Below are positions 1 through 9,000 of a stretch of 64,000 bases of DNA, piece after piece. The translations under genes were made by a program, and so were the position numbers. The notes below the pieces were generated by a model. That model was not told the origin of the DNA. It worked only from the letters and a program-made list of their open reading frames with translations, and ran no database searches. Every line of letters starts with the position of its first letter. Position 1 is the stretch's first letter. Source of the stretch: Promethearchaeota archaeon (lineage in GTDB: Archaea > Asgardarchaeota > Hermodarchaeia > Hermodarchaeales > Hermodarchaeaceae); the NCBI GenBank assembly GCA_048938385.1, contig JBHLMG010000002.1, positions 64,001-128,000 of the forward strand. The letters run 5' to 3'.

Positions 1-918
1 CAACTCGTCTAACACAATGTGTCGGGCTGTTCGTACCAATCGACGAATAGGGTCTCTTGGTCGAATCAGATGAATGTGAAGCATATCTGGATTAGTGATG
101 AGAATATCAGGTGGTTGTCGGAAAATCATCGCTCGCTCTGATTTAGGAGTATCGCCATCCAACACTGCTACATCTAAACCAACAGTTCCAGCGAGTTTAA
201 CAAGTTTTCCTGCTTGGTCTCGGGCTAGGGCTTTGGTGGGATAGATGAAAATGGCTTGGACATCTCGATGTTCCGCCGCTCGAAGAGGACCCCACCCAAC
301 ACGCCGCGTTAGAATTTGTTCAATGATGGGCAACGCAAAAGCTTCAGTTTTTCCTGTAGCGGTGGGTGCAGAAATGACGACATCCTTACCTGCCAAGATG
401 TGATGAAAGGCTTCTTCCTGAAATTTAAACAAGGTTGTGATGCCCTGACTGCTAAGGGCTTTTTTTAATTGCTCATTTAAAGAACTGGCAGTTATCGCAT
501 TTCCAGGTTCTGGAACCGTTTCTGGAAACTGCCGATACCGCACTAATCTGAAGCTTGGATCCGCCAAAATGCGTTGCAGGACTTCAGGCAATCGTCTTAT
601 GTCGCTCACTCCTGCGGTTTTCAGCTGCTTCTTCCACTCAGCTCTCGATCGTGGAGGACTCGACTTAGCTTGTTCATCAGATAATTGCCTGCGTTGATAT
701 TCTACCTGAGTCTGCTGCGCGGATTCACCTGCTTCCATAACATCCATAAATCGGAAATAGGCAGCAACAGGATCTTTTACTTCTCCGGGTTTGGTACTGT
801 AGCTAGCATTGCACTGCGTACAACGAATCTGATAATGTTTACCCAACTCTTGAACTTCAACGAAGCCTGAGCAGTGTGGACAGATCCGGTATGTCATTGT
901 TCGCTCTCGCCATTGCAT
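1..918 (-). CDS. DEAD/DEAH-box SF2 helicase (Hrq1/MrfA-like) with N-terminal zinc ribbon; runs off the left edge
   Basis: Manual translation (not in the ORF track): M..ICPHC..RCTQC..FQEEA (Q motif)..SAPTATGKT (Walker A)..IYPTKALARDQ (Ia)..DGDT..LITNPDML..IVLDEL (Walker B at the window edge). Start is ATG 918 or 897. Confidence 0.9.
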   Translation of the reverse strand, partial: MQWRERTMTYRICPHCSGFVEVQELGKHYQIRCTQCNASYSTKPGEVKDPVAAYFRFMDVMEAGESAQQTQVEYQRRQLSDEQAKSSPPRSRAEWKKQLKTAGVSDIRRLPEVLQRILADPSFRLVRYRQFPETVPEPGNAITASSLNEQLKKALSSQGITTLFKFQEEAFHHILAGKDVVISAPTATGKTEAFALPIIEQILTRRVGWGPLRAAEHRDVQAIFIYPTKALARDQAGKLVKLAGTVGLDVAVLDGDTPKSERAMIFRQPPDILITNPDMLHIHLIRPRDPIRRLVRTARHIVLDEL

Positions 919-1019
919 AGTCTTTTAACGAATTTAAAGCCTTTAGGAGGGGCATTACGATAAGTTTGCAGATAATTTGGTTTATGGAAGTCAATGAAGG
1001 TTTGGTTCTATCTAGAGGC

Positions 1020-1493
1020 CTATTGAGCTTCTAAGATGCACAAGAGTTCTTCTTCCAAAGTCGGTTTTTGAGAAGGATTTTCGATAATTCGCCCAACTTC
1101 CTGTCCCTCTCGAGTGTAGAGCAAAATGGTGGGAATGGCTTTGATGTTGAGAGTGGACACCTCAGGTGGGCTTGGTGGGACAGCCCATTGACGATTAGGG
1201 TTCAAAGGATCTGTCTTAACCCCACCTAAGATGAAGACAGGGAGTCCCGTGACTTCGTGAACCAAATCCAAAACCGGAATGTTTGCTACACAGTCCTTAC
1301 ACCAATCGGCACTAATAGCAACCACGATATTCCTACCAGCAAAGGGTTTGAGTGCTTCGAGGATTTCTGGTTTCGGGGTATATTCTTCACGTCGCGCATC
1401 ATATTTTGGTCGGCAATCATTTGAACACTCGTGCATGTAGATCTCTATGGGTGTGGCTCGTCGCAGCATATCGTGAAATTCAGCCTGCTCCAT
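1020..1493 (-). CDS. Thioredoxin-fold protein
   Basis: WCKDC CxxC motif; cis-Pro-type IPT motif followed by EVGRIIENP. Confidence 0.8.
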   Translation of the reverse strand: MEQAEFHDMLRRATPIEIYMHECSNDCRPKYDARREEYTPKPEILEALKPFAGRNIVVAISADWCKDCVANIPVLDLVHEVTGLPVFILGGVKTDPLNPNRQWAVPPSPPEVSTLNIKAIPTILLYTREGQEVGRIIENPSQKPTLEEELLCILEAQ

Positions 1494-1517
1494 GATACTT
1501 AACCTGCTTGACTCTGA

Positions 1518-2273
1518 TTAGAGAGTAATAATTTGTGTGTCTCGGGGAACGATGATTTTACCAGAGAATGAGGATCGGATACTACGGAGGGCATCTCCTA
1601 GTTCTTCGAGAAGCTCAGGATACAAGTGCGTGATAACGAGACTTTTAACTTCAGCTTCTGCGGCAATTTGTCCAACTTCGGCAGGAATAGAGTGGTTAGG
1701 GGCAAGTTCCTTCAGTCGGTCAGGTAGCGAGCATTCATGAATCAATAAATCCGCTCCTTTAGCGTACTTAACAAGTTCCGAACTCGGTGCAGTATCCCCA
1801 GAATAGATAATTCGCTTGCCTTCTGCCTCGATCAAGAATCCGTAGGCCTCAAAGTCGCCATGATTCACAGGAAAGGTGGTAATCCTCCAATTATCTGATT
1901 GAGCCTGATATCCCGGTTCGAGAATATTGGCTTTCACTTCGATTTTTCCAAGTAGATATGGAAATATCTCACCGATCGCTTTACTCATTACAGCTAGGTG
2001 TTTGGGACCATGTACATTCAAGACCTTATCGTATCCCATCAACCACAGGCTTTGTATCAGGGCGACGACATCTGAACAATGGTCAATATGCAGATGGCTT
2101 AAAAACAAATGCTCGATCCGTGTGAGTTCAGGGAGGCTACAAGAAAGACGGTGGAGAACTCCTGCTCCCATATCAAAGATTAAAGGATCGCCACCAATTT
2201 CTATCATTAAGCCAGCCAGAACACGGTCAGGAGAGAGTATTGAAGCACCGCTACCCAGAATAGTGACTTCCAC
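1518..2273 (-). CDS. MBL-fold hydrolase, RNase Z/BN-like
   Basis: LGSG, HLHIDH (HxHxDH), NHG, YSGDT, HEC, NHS and THL motifs. Confidence 0.85.
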   Translation of the reverse strand: MEVTILGSGASILSPDRVLAGLMIEIGGDPLIFDMGAGVLHRLSCSLPELTRIEHLFLSHLHIDHCSDVVALIQSLWLMGYDKVLNVHGPKHLAVMSKAIGEIFPYLLGKIEVKANILEPGYQAQSDNWRITTFPVNHGDFEAYGFLIEAEGKRIIYSGDTAPSSELVKYAKGADLLIHECSLPDRLKELAPNHSIPAEVGQIAAEAEVKSLVITHLYPELLEELGDALRSIRSSFSGKIIVPRDTQIITL

Positions 2274-2426
2274 TGAAATGACCCCACACTGCTTTTGGTG
2301 CTTACCTTATCAAGTTTACTAAATAATAAAATTCTCCCCCTCTGCCATTTTCGGTGAGAAAGGTTGAAATAGCCTTAATCAAGATAAAATGGGAGTGCAA
2401 GCTGACGTTGTCCCCAGGGGATCCGG

Positions 2427-3278
2427 ATGATACACCATATCTACATCATCGATGCACGTGATGAAATTGTAGTGGATAAAAAATTTTGGATCATCACGGT
2501 AAATGTCAAAGAAATGCAGGACTTCGCCAGTCGTGTTAAAGACGCTCAAGATGCCCTTATCGAAGAAATAGGTCCCATAAAGTACATTGGAAAACCCCTC
2601 GGGCGTGGTGTTGTTGTGTTATGTGCAGAAAGCGTCGATGATGACGATACCCTTAAGGAGAAATTAGATCGGGTGACCTACGAGTTTCGCCGTGTTATCA
2701 GCTACGAAGTTGAATACGAAGCCTTCATGGAGAATGTCGAAGACTATGTCACAACTACCTTGAAGGTCAGCATCATCGGCTATGGTGGCGTAGGCAAAAC
2801 CACCCTGGTCACCCTGCTTAATGGTGGCGTTCCCCCTACTAGTTATGTACCGACTATAGCGATTGATATCCAAAAAATCGAAGGAGCTAGGATTGGCACC
2901 TACGAAATTAGCACTTGGGACTTCGCTGGGCAGGACCGCTTTCGGAAGCTTTGGGAACTTTATTTCCGTGGAAGCCGCATCATTCTACTAGTTACCGATT
3001 CGACACTAGAGAATGTTCTTAATAGTAAAGATATCATCGACTTGATTCGACGCAAAGATATCGCTGCTCAACTCTTAGCCATTGCTAATAAACAAGACCT
3101 ACCCGGCGCCTTATCGCCTCAACTTGTTCAACGTATTCTTGGCATCAAAGCCTATGGAATGGTCGCAATTGATCCCAACAACCGGGAGAAAGCATTAGAT
3201 ATAATCAAAGAAGCGTTGAAACTCGCGGCACCAAGATTAGAGCCCGTCACACCTAAACCTGAAATGGTTTTTGACTAG
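2427..3278 (+). CDS. Longin-like domain fused to Arf-like small GTPase
   Basis: About 105-aa N-terminus with a longin-like pattern (MIHHIYIID..). G1 GYGGVGKT, G2 PT, G3 WDFAGQ, RKLWELY, G4 ANKQD. Confidence 0.85.
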   Translation: MIHHIYIIDARDEIVVDKKFWIITVNVKEMQDFASRVKDAQDALIEEIGPIKYIGKPLGRGVVVLCAESVDDDDTLKEKLDRVTYEFRRVISYEVEYEAFMENVEDYVTTTLKVSIIGYGGVGKTTLVTLLNGGVPPTSYVPTIAIDIQKIEGARIGTYEISTWDFAGQDRFRKLWELYFRGSRIILLVTDSTLENVLNSKDIIDLIRRKDIAAQLLAIANKQDLPGALSPQLVQRILGIKAYGMVAIDPNNREKALDIIKEALKLAAPRLEPVTPKPEMVFD

Positions 3279-3284
3279 TCCCTA

Positions 3285-4235
3285 TTACCTGTAACTAAAA
3301 AACTGAGTTAGGCGTGGTCTTGACGCCTGGTAATTTTTTTCAATACGCCCACTAGCAATAAAGGCTTTCAATTGGAGAGCTTGTTCAATCCGAAAATCTA
3401 ACCCGTTTTCTGTATCTGATTTGGATTCACACACAATACTCACTTTTTCCAGGAACTGTTGCTCATACAAAACCGATAGAAACAGCCGCCATGGCACCTT
3501 ACTTCCTCCATTTAGAGGTGCATGCTGCACTTCTCCTCTCCGGTTTGCCACAATTCCCGATAAGTGTACTGGCAATCGCCACCTTTTAAGATCAATGTGC
3601 TTTTCGATTAACTCAAGCCTGTGTAAAATTCCTTCCTCTGTTGCAACATTACCACCCCGCGCGAAATCATGAGCAAAATCCCAGCAAAATAAACACCCTG
3701 CTTCACCTGCCATAAGGCAAGAGTCTTCGAAGCTGCCAAATCCCGCAACTTTCCCTGCCACTTCAGGAGCGGGTACAGCAGTTATTCCCTCTTCTTCAAT
3801 TTTCACCATTGTATCCTTCAATCTTTGGGTTACTCTTTTTTTAACGGCAACTTTACCACCTTGACGGGATCCGGGATGAAAGGTTACATGAGTCGCACCC
3901 ACCAGATCTGCCGTATGAAGGCACCGTGTCATATGCGCACGGCTAGTGCGAAGTTTACCCTTTTCAGTTGTGGTCAACGATATGGTGTATGGGCCATGAA
4001 TGCTTACATGAAAATCACGCAGCTGGTTTCCGATCATTTTGCCTCGCTCATTTGATGGATAACCTGGTAAGCCGCCTCTGGGTGTGCCTAGCACATTGGA
4101 GAGACAGAGAAGTTCAGCTGCTTCTAACTGTTCTGCGCGTAAACGGGTCGTCACTCCATTAACGGTGGTATCAGAGGTGTAGGTGTTCAAGGGGAAGGCT
4201 GCCAAGCCAACAATTGCATGAGGGGGTTTTGGCAC
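3285..4235 (-). CDS. nfo: Endonuclease IV-like AP endonuclease (TIM barrel), archaeal type
   Basis: Metal ligands in SIHGPY, FHPG, PEVAGK, DFAH, VHLSG, QHAPL and CES; C-terminal PIP-like RLTQFF. Confidence 0.75.
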   Translation of the reverse strand: MPKPPHAIVGLAAFPLNTYTSDTTVNGVTTRLRAEQLEAAELLCLSNVLGTPRGGLPGYPSNERGKMIGNQLRDFHVSIHGPYTISLTTTEKGKLRTSRAHMTRCLHTADLVGATHVTFHPGSRQGGKVAVKKRVTQRLKDTMVKIEEEGITAVPAPEVAGKVAGFGSFEDSCLMAGEAGCLFCWDFAHDFARGGNVATEEGILHRLELIEKHIDLKRWRLPVHLSGIVANRRGEVQHAPLNGGSKVPWRLFLSVLYEQQFLEKVSIVCESKSDTENGLDFRIEQALQLKAFIASGRIEKNYQASRPRLTQFFSYR

Positions 4236-4338
4236 GGTTGAATCGCCTATTCCTGTCTGTCCAGAATCGCCCTTTAAGTCTGTGCAATGAGCCTTTGCTA
4301 TTTCCCTTTGTGTTATCCATAAGTTCTAATTAAGTTCG

Positions 4339-4428
4339 AAAGGTTTATATTTGTGAACGAATCTTTTCTATATCAGGAAGAAAAATATCTATCGTTTAGC
4401 AAACGGTTACAATCGTTAAAAAACCGAA
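4339..4428 (+). promoter_or_regulatory. BRE/TATA-like promoter followed by two imperfect palindromes (putative operator)
   Basis: AAAGGTTTATAT, then ATCGTTTagcAAACGGT (4391-4407) and ATCGTTaaaaAACCGAA (4412-4428), 21 bp apart. Confidence 0.45.
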
Positions 4429-4520
4429 TGGAGTCGATGGTTATGAAACCAGAAACTAATCAATGTTGTGTTAAAGAAAAGGTTCTAGCAGAAATCTACC
4501 GTTATCGCCGACTATGTTAG
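4428..4520 (+). CDS. Putative short Cys-containing leader peptide
   Basis: MESMVMKPETNQCCVKEKVLAEIYRYRRLC*; three in-frame ATGs; its stop overlaps the SD-like TAGGAG of the next gene. Confidence 0.4.
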   Translation: MESMVMKPETNQCCVKEKVLAEIYRYRRLC

Positions 4521-5257
4521 GAGCTGAATCAAAGATGTTTGGTCGAAAGAAAGACAAGGAAGATGAACGCCGGGAAGACAAGAGTCTCCGAGAAGAGATG
4601 CGCCGTCTCGAGGAACAGATGCGTGATCTTCGTCGCCGCCTTAAAGACGAAGGAAAAACAAGTAGGCCCGATGATTCTTGGGACGAGGATTCGAAAAGAC
4701 CCGAAGCTCCTAAAGTGCCAAAAGAACAACACTACAGAAAAGAGTTCAGAGGGGATCTTGGCGATTTTGAAGCGGACATGGCCGAATTTGGAAAACAAAT
4801 GGGTCAGTACGGCAAAGAACTTGGGGATTACATCAAAATGGTTGTTGCTGACGCAATGAAAGGTGCCAATAAGGCGATGCAACGGATTTTCATTGGACCT
4901 GATGGCGCCCGGATAAAGATTAACGATCGTGAAGTTGATCTTGGTAAAGCTGCTGAAGAACGAATTCAGCCTGTCCCTGCAGAGGAAGCTGAGCGGTTGC
5001 TAACTCCTCTAGCTAGTGGAGAACGGATTCGACTACTATATTTGCTTGCCGAGGAACCCCGGTACCACCAGGATTTAATGGACCTTTCTGGACTCAAACC
5101 CGGAACCCTTCCACATCACTTGAAGCAGCTTGAAGAGGCAGGATATGTAACGCAGGAACGAGTGCGAGGACGATACCTCATCACGATTCCCGGTCGAATG
5201 GCTCTGAAATTAGCTGAATACTTGCACTATCAGATGGAGTCAGGTATTGGAGATTAG
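4514..5257 (+). CDS. ArsR-type winged-helix regulator with charged coiled-coil N-terminus
   Basis: LASGERIRLLYLL..LPHHLKQLEEAGYV..GRYLIT..G pattern. Likely start is ATG 4535, after TAGGAG. Confidence 0.8.
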   Translation: MLGAESKMFGRKKDKEDERREDKSLREEMRRLEEQMRDLRRRLKDEGKTSRPDDSWDEDSKRPEAPKVPKEQHYRKEFRGDLGDFEADMAEFGKQMGQYGKELGDYIKMVVADAMKGANKAMQRIFIGPDGARIKINDREVDLGKAAEERIQPVPAEEAERLLTPLASGERIRLLYLLAEEPRYHQDLMDLSGLKPGTLPHHLKQLEEAGYVTQERVRGRYLITIPGRMALKLAEYLHYQMESGIGD

Positions 5258-5287
5258 TCACCGACAATTGGGAGTGTGTGAAAGGTT

Positions 5288-5926
5288 ATGAGTTCAAGTT
5301 CAACTTGGCGAAACCGTAGTCGAAATTTAGTGCTTGGCGCGTTAGCTGGTCGTGTTGCAAATCCAACTGATGTCACACGATCTGATAAAGCGCTCATCAG
5401 TGTGAACGAGGGTACCTTGTATTTTCCGATTTTCTACCAAAACCATGAGGTAGGAGGAATATTCATTGGATACGGACAGGTCATTGTCGATGCTATTGTA
5501 GAAACCACTCGTGGTGCTTTGGGGAAAAGTTATGAGTTTTTCTGGAATGGGAGCCTTTTTCTGATCAGTGAAGATGGTGAATGGTCTCCACCAAGCACGG
5601 AACCTGTGCGTGAACGGGACATCCATGAATTCCTACTTAGTTCCGTTGATGAAGCACAGGAAAGAGCCCAAAACATCTTTGATAGATTTTTAGATCAAAA
5701 TCGCAATTGGTTCACTGATACCTTCTTTCAGCGTAATCGGGGTTGGATAGCCACGATATTAGATACGCAACGTGGAAAGTGTGGTATTATTGCAAGTGAA
5801 GATCGACTTATTTTGAACATAGGTCAACTCAAACTAATTCTTACTGGGAATAAGCTGGTACACAAAGAAGGTCGGAAGAAAGTGTTGGTCGCAGGAAGAG
5901 GAGGACCAATTATCCGCTTCGGTTAA
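5288..5926 (+). CDS. Hypothetical protein, probably co-transcribed with the ArsR-type regulator
   Basis: 212-aa ORF with SD-like GGGAGTG upstream; no motif recognised. Confidence 0.65.
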   Translation: MSSSSTWRNRSRNLVLGALAGRVANPTDVTRSDKALISVNEGTLYFPIFYQNHEVGGIFIGYGQVIVDAIVETTRGALGKSYEFFWNGSLFLISEDGEWSPPSTEPVRERDIHEFLLSSVDEAQERAQNIFDRFLDQNRNWFTDTFFQRNRGWIATILDTQRGKCGIIASEDRLILNIGQLKLILTGNKLVHKEGRKKVLVAGRGGPIIRFG

Positions 5927-5980
5927 GTAGCGTAGGCCCGAGGCGGCTCCTCTTCCCCCCTTCTTTTTTGGCATCTTTTT
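5894..5980 (+). terminator. Two-stem RNA structure with U-tract spanning the stop codon
   Basis: GGAAGAGGAG/CTCCTCTTCC outer stem, CCGCTTCGG/CCGAGGCGG inner stem, then TTCTTTTTT. Confidence 0.45.
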
Positions 5981-6094
5981 AATTACATTACCATCTGTGG
6001 TTTTAGTGGAAGAGCTTTTGAGGATAAAGGTAGAGAAGGGACCCCAGTTCGTCTCTGTGATATAAGGTGCACAATTGACGAATAACCTCATTGG

Positions 6095-9000
6095 GTGTTT
6101 GATAGCATGGCACTGCTTGATTATGGAGGTTTGGTGCAAACCTACCAAAACGCATTTGAAACAGCTCAGACTGAGCTGGTAGAGATTGCGAAGCACCTGA
6201 CCAAAGCGAAGGGTCAAGGTATTATCGACATTCTCGGACAAATTACTGAATTATTACAACGAATTCAATTAGCATCTGCAACACCAAAGCTTGAGTTAGA
6301 AGTTGCACGGGCCATCGCTAGAGATTATGATACCATTGCTCAACGATGGCGAGAACTAGAACGCTATTTTATTGAAGAAATAAAATACGATGATTATGTG
6401 TATCGCTCAGACGAGGACCGAGCTGAAGCTGCAGCAGAAGCGTTGACACTTATTCGAAACCAAACTCTCCATTCATTAGAAGTTGCTGGGACGATGTTCG
6501 GTCTGTCTCATGAATGGCGTCGCGCTGCAAAGTGCTTCAGTACAGTTGTACAAGCACGGAAAGCCGAAGAGAATCCTCTTGCAGCACTTCCCGCTATCAT
6601 TCGTGAATATCGGTGTTATGAGGAATTAGCTGACATCCCTCAGGTACTTAGCATCGGTCGCGCTATTTTTCGGCTCCTAAGTAATATCACTGTCTCCCTC
6701 TCCGAAGAAGACCAACATATGCTTTCTGAGGCAACAGAGTTTTTCCGAAAAACCGCCATGACGGCAGTAACCAATCGACAAAAGGATCCAGATGTGAATG
6801 TCTCGCTTGCAGCTGTATATCTTTGGAACGAAGCTATTGCTCTAGCTCTACTCGCTGATCCTGAGGATGATAAGGCGTTAATTCGCTTTCGCGCATTAGC
6901 GGAATTTTTTGAACAGGTTGGTAAGGAAGAACTCGCTCAACCCTCTCCATCCCTTAAACGATTTATCGGTAGTTACATGGAAGGGGCTTTTGCTTATCTT
7001 CGAATCACACGAGATATCTCTGGGTTCACTGTTGGTGAAGCCAGGCATCAGAGTGTTCAACTAACTCAATACGCTGCAGATTTCATTCTCACGCTTATTG
7101 AAAGACTTGGATATCAACAGGTTCGGATTGTGGATGACGCAACCAAGGCAATGAAGGGACTTATTGCAGTGTTTGAGCTAATTCAACGGGGATATGAGGG
7201 GGCAAGGGCTTTCCAAGAATTGGCAAAACAAGCAGGCGTCATCTTAGTGCATGCACAGCATCAACAGGATCAACCTCTCATCGATCTTGCAATGGTATAT
7301 CGATGGTTATGTGAGGGGGCAAGCAGCGCGCTTCATGTAATTTCTTCAAAACTCGTCTCAGATATCTATCGGATTGGTATTGTTAGCGATGTTTTAGATA
7401 TTGGCTCAAAGGAGGAACTTAGGCATCGAATTATGGATCTCCTTGGGCTTGAAGAGGAAGATGACATCTTTGGTCTTCTCCTTGATGCTGAAGTAGAATT
7501 TGATGATGTTGTTGACTTATTCAAGAGTCTGGATCTCTTTTGGGTCGCAGCGATTTGCAAACTCAATTTAGGTCAATTACGCCAGAACCTTAGTTTTCTC
7601 GAACTAAAAATGGAGCCACCTGAGTCAGCAGAACAAGCCTTAGATAGCGCTGAGGCGGAGACAGAGGGTGAGGATATGCCATTTTGGGGTGCAGCACCGT
7701 CTATTGATTTTATTACCGCTGCTGATCTCTATTCATATTCGTTTCGATTAAAGCGTGGGGTAGACGAAACTCTTCCCATAGAATTAGCAGGAGAACAAGA
7801 ATCTTGGATTCCCCATCGTGATCCAGATGATCTCCGTCGTCGTGCAGCTCATAGTCATTGGCTTGCAGGACTTGCGAACCTCGAAGAAGGGAAAATCGAG
7901 GAAGGTGGACGCGAGCTTTTTCTAGCGAAAAATGCTTACGAGTTACTGGATCGTCACCGAGAAGCTATTGCTTGTTTGGAGGTGTGGATGCGCCAATTAG
8001 TTATTACAATTACAGGGGATGAACTTGGTGGCGCTCGGCCTACACAAGCCCGATTAAGAGAAGTACTAACTGTTACTGATGAATTAGTTGGTTTGTATAC
8101 TTTGCGGCGAACAAGTGCGGGAACCATCGATGACATTCTCGGAGTTGTGCAATTCCTACAAAACCAGGTGGGTATGGAAAACTGGACCCTTATTGTATAC
8201 CTCAGGACAATTGAGTATGTACGTGAAGCCTTACGAGTAGCTATGCACTTTGGGACTCCCGAACGAGTTCTAGAAATTCTTCGCTTCCTTCGGGAAGAAC
8301 TTCGCGACTTCCTCGATAGCGATTTTGCTATCGGTATCTATCCCAACTTCGAAACAGAGACCACTGTATATTTCGAAGCAGAAACGCCTATCAAACTTGC
8401 TATCCTCAATGTCTCTGACAAGGAAGCTGCTAACCTCTCCATTCGACCTTTGGGTGTGCTCCCGCATATTTCCCCTAGTTCATCCCAACCTTGGAAAGCT
8501 TCTCGTGATCCCAGCCAGGTCACATTGAAGCACTTCTACATTGGTTGTGATGATGCCGCTTTTGATATCGATGAAGAGACCTACTATCAGAAGCCTGCAG
8601 ATGCTTTTGGTCCTCCACACCCGATACCAGTCACCTTAACCAGTTCTTCGGCACCCGAACAGGAACCAGGTTCACCATCACAGCAAATTATTAGTCAACA
8701 ACCTTGGCTTGGTGTCATGTGGACTGGGGATTACAACGGAACATCTATTGGCAATCTGGCGGCATTTACAGAGGAACCCACTACTGCAGAGATGCCTCTC
8801 CGTTCTCTTGATGCTCTCACCCAATCAGCGTTCTTCACGGTTTTTACAAAGTCCGCTCGTGAAGGCAATATTCTTCCAGGGCAAATATTCCCTGTCACCT
8901 TCGGCATTTACCATCCAGGATCTGCTCAACCTATTGCCATCCAAACCGTCTTCTTCAAAATCGCTAGCCGCCCTAAAATCCTAAAGGCCAACACCAATTG

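Noticed and set aside
685-870. Plus-strand 61-aa ORF and the many other short track ORFs nested in or antisense to long genes
   Set aside because: They are shadows of well-supported genes and have no motifs of their own.
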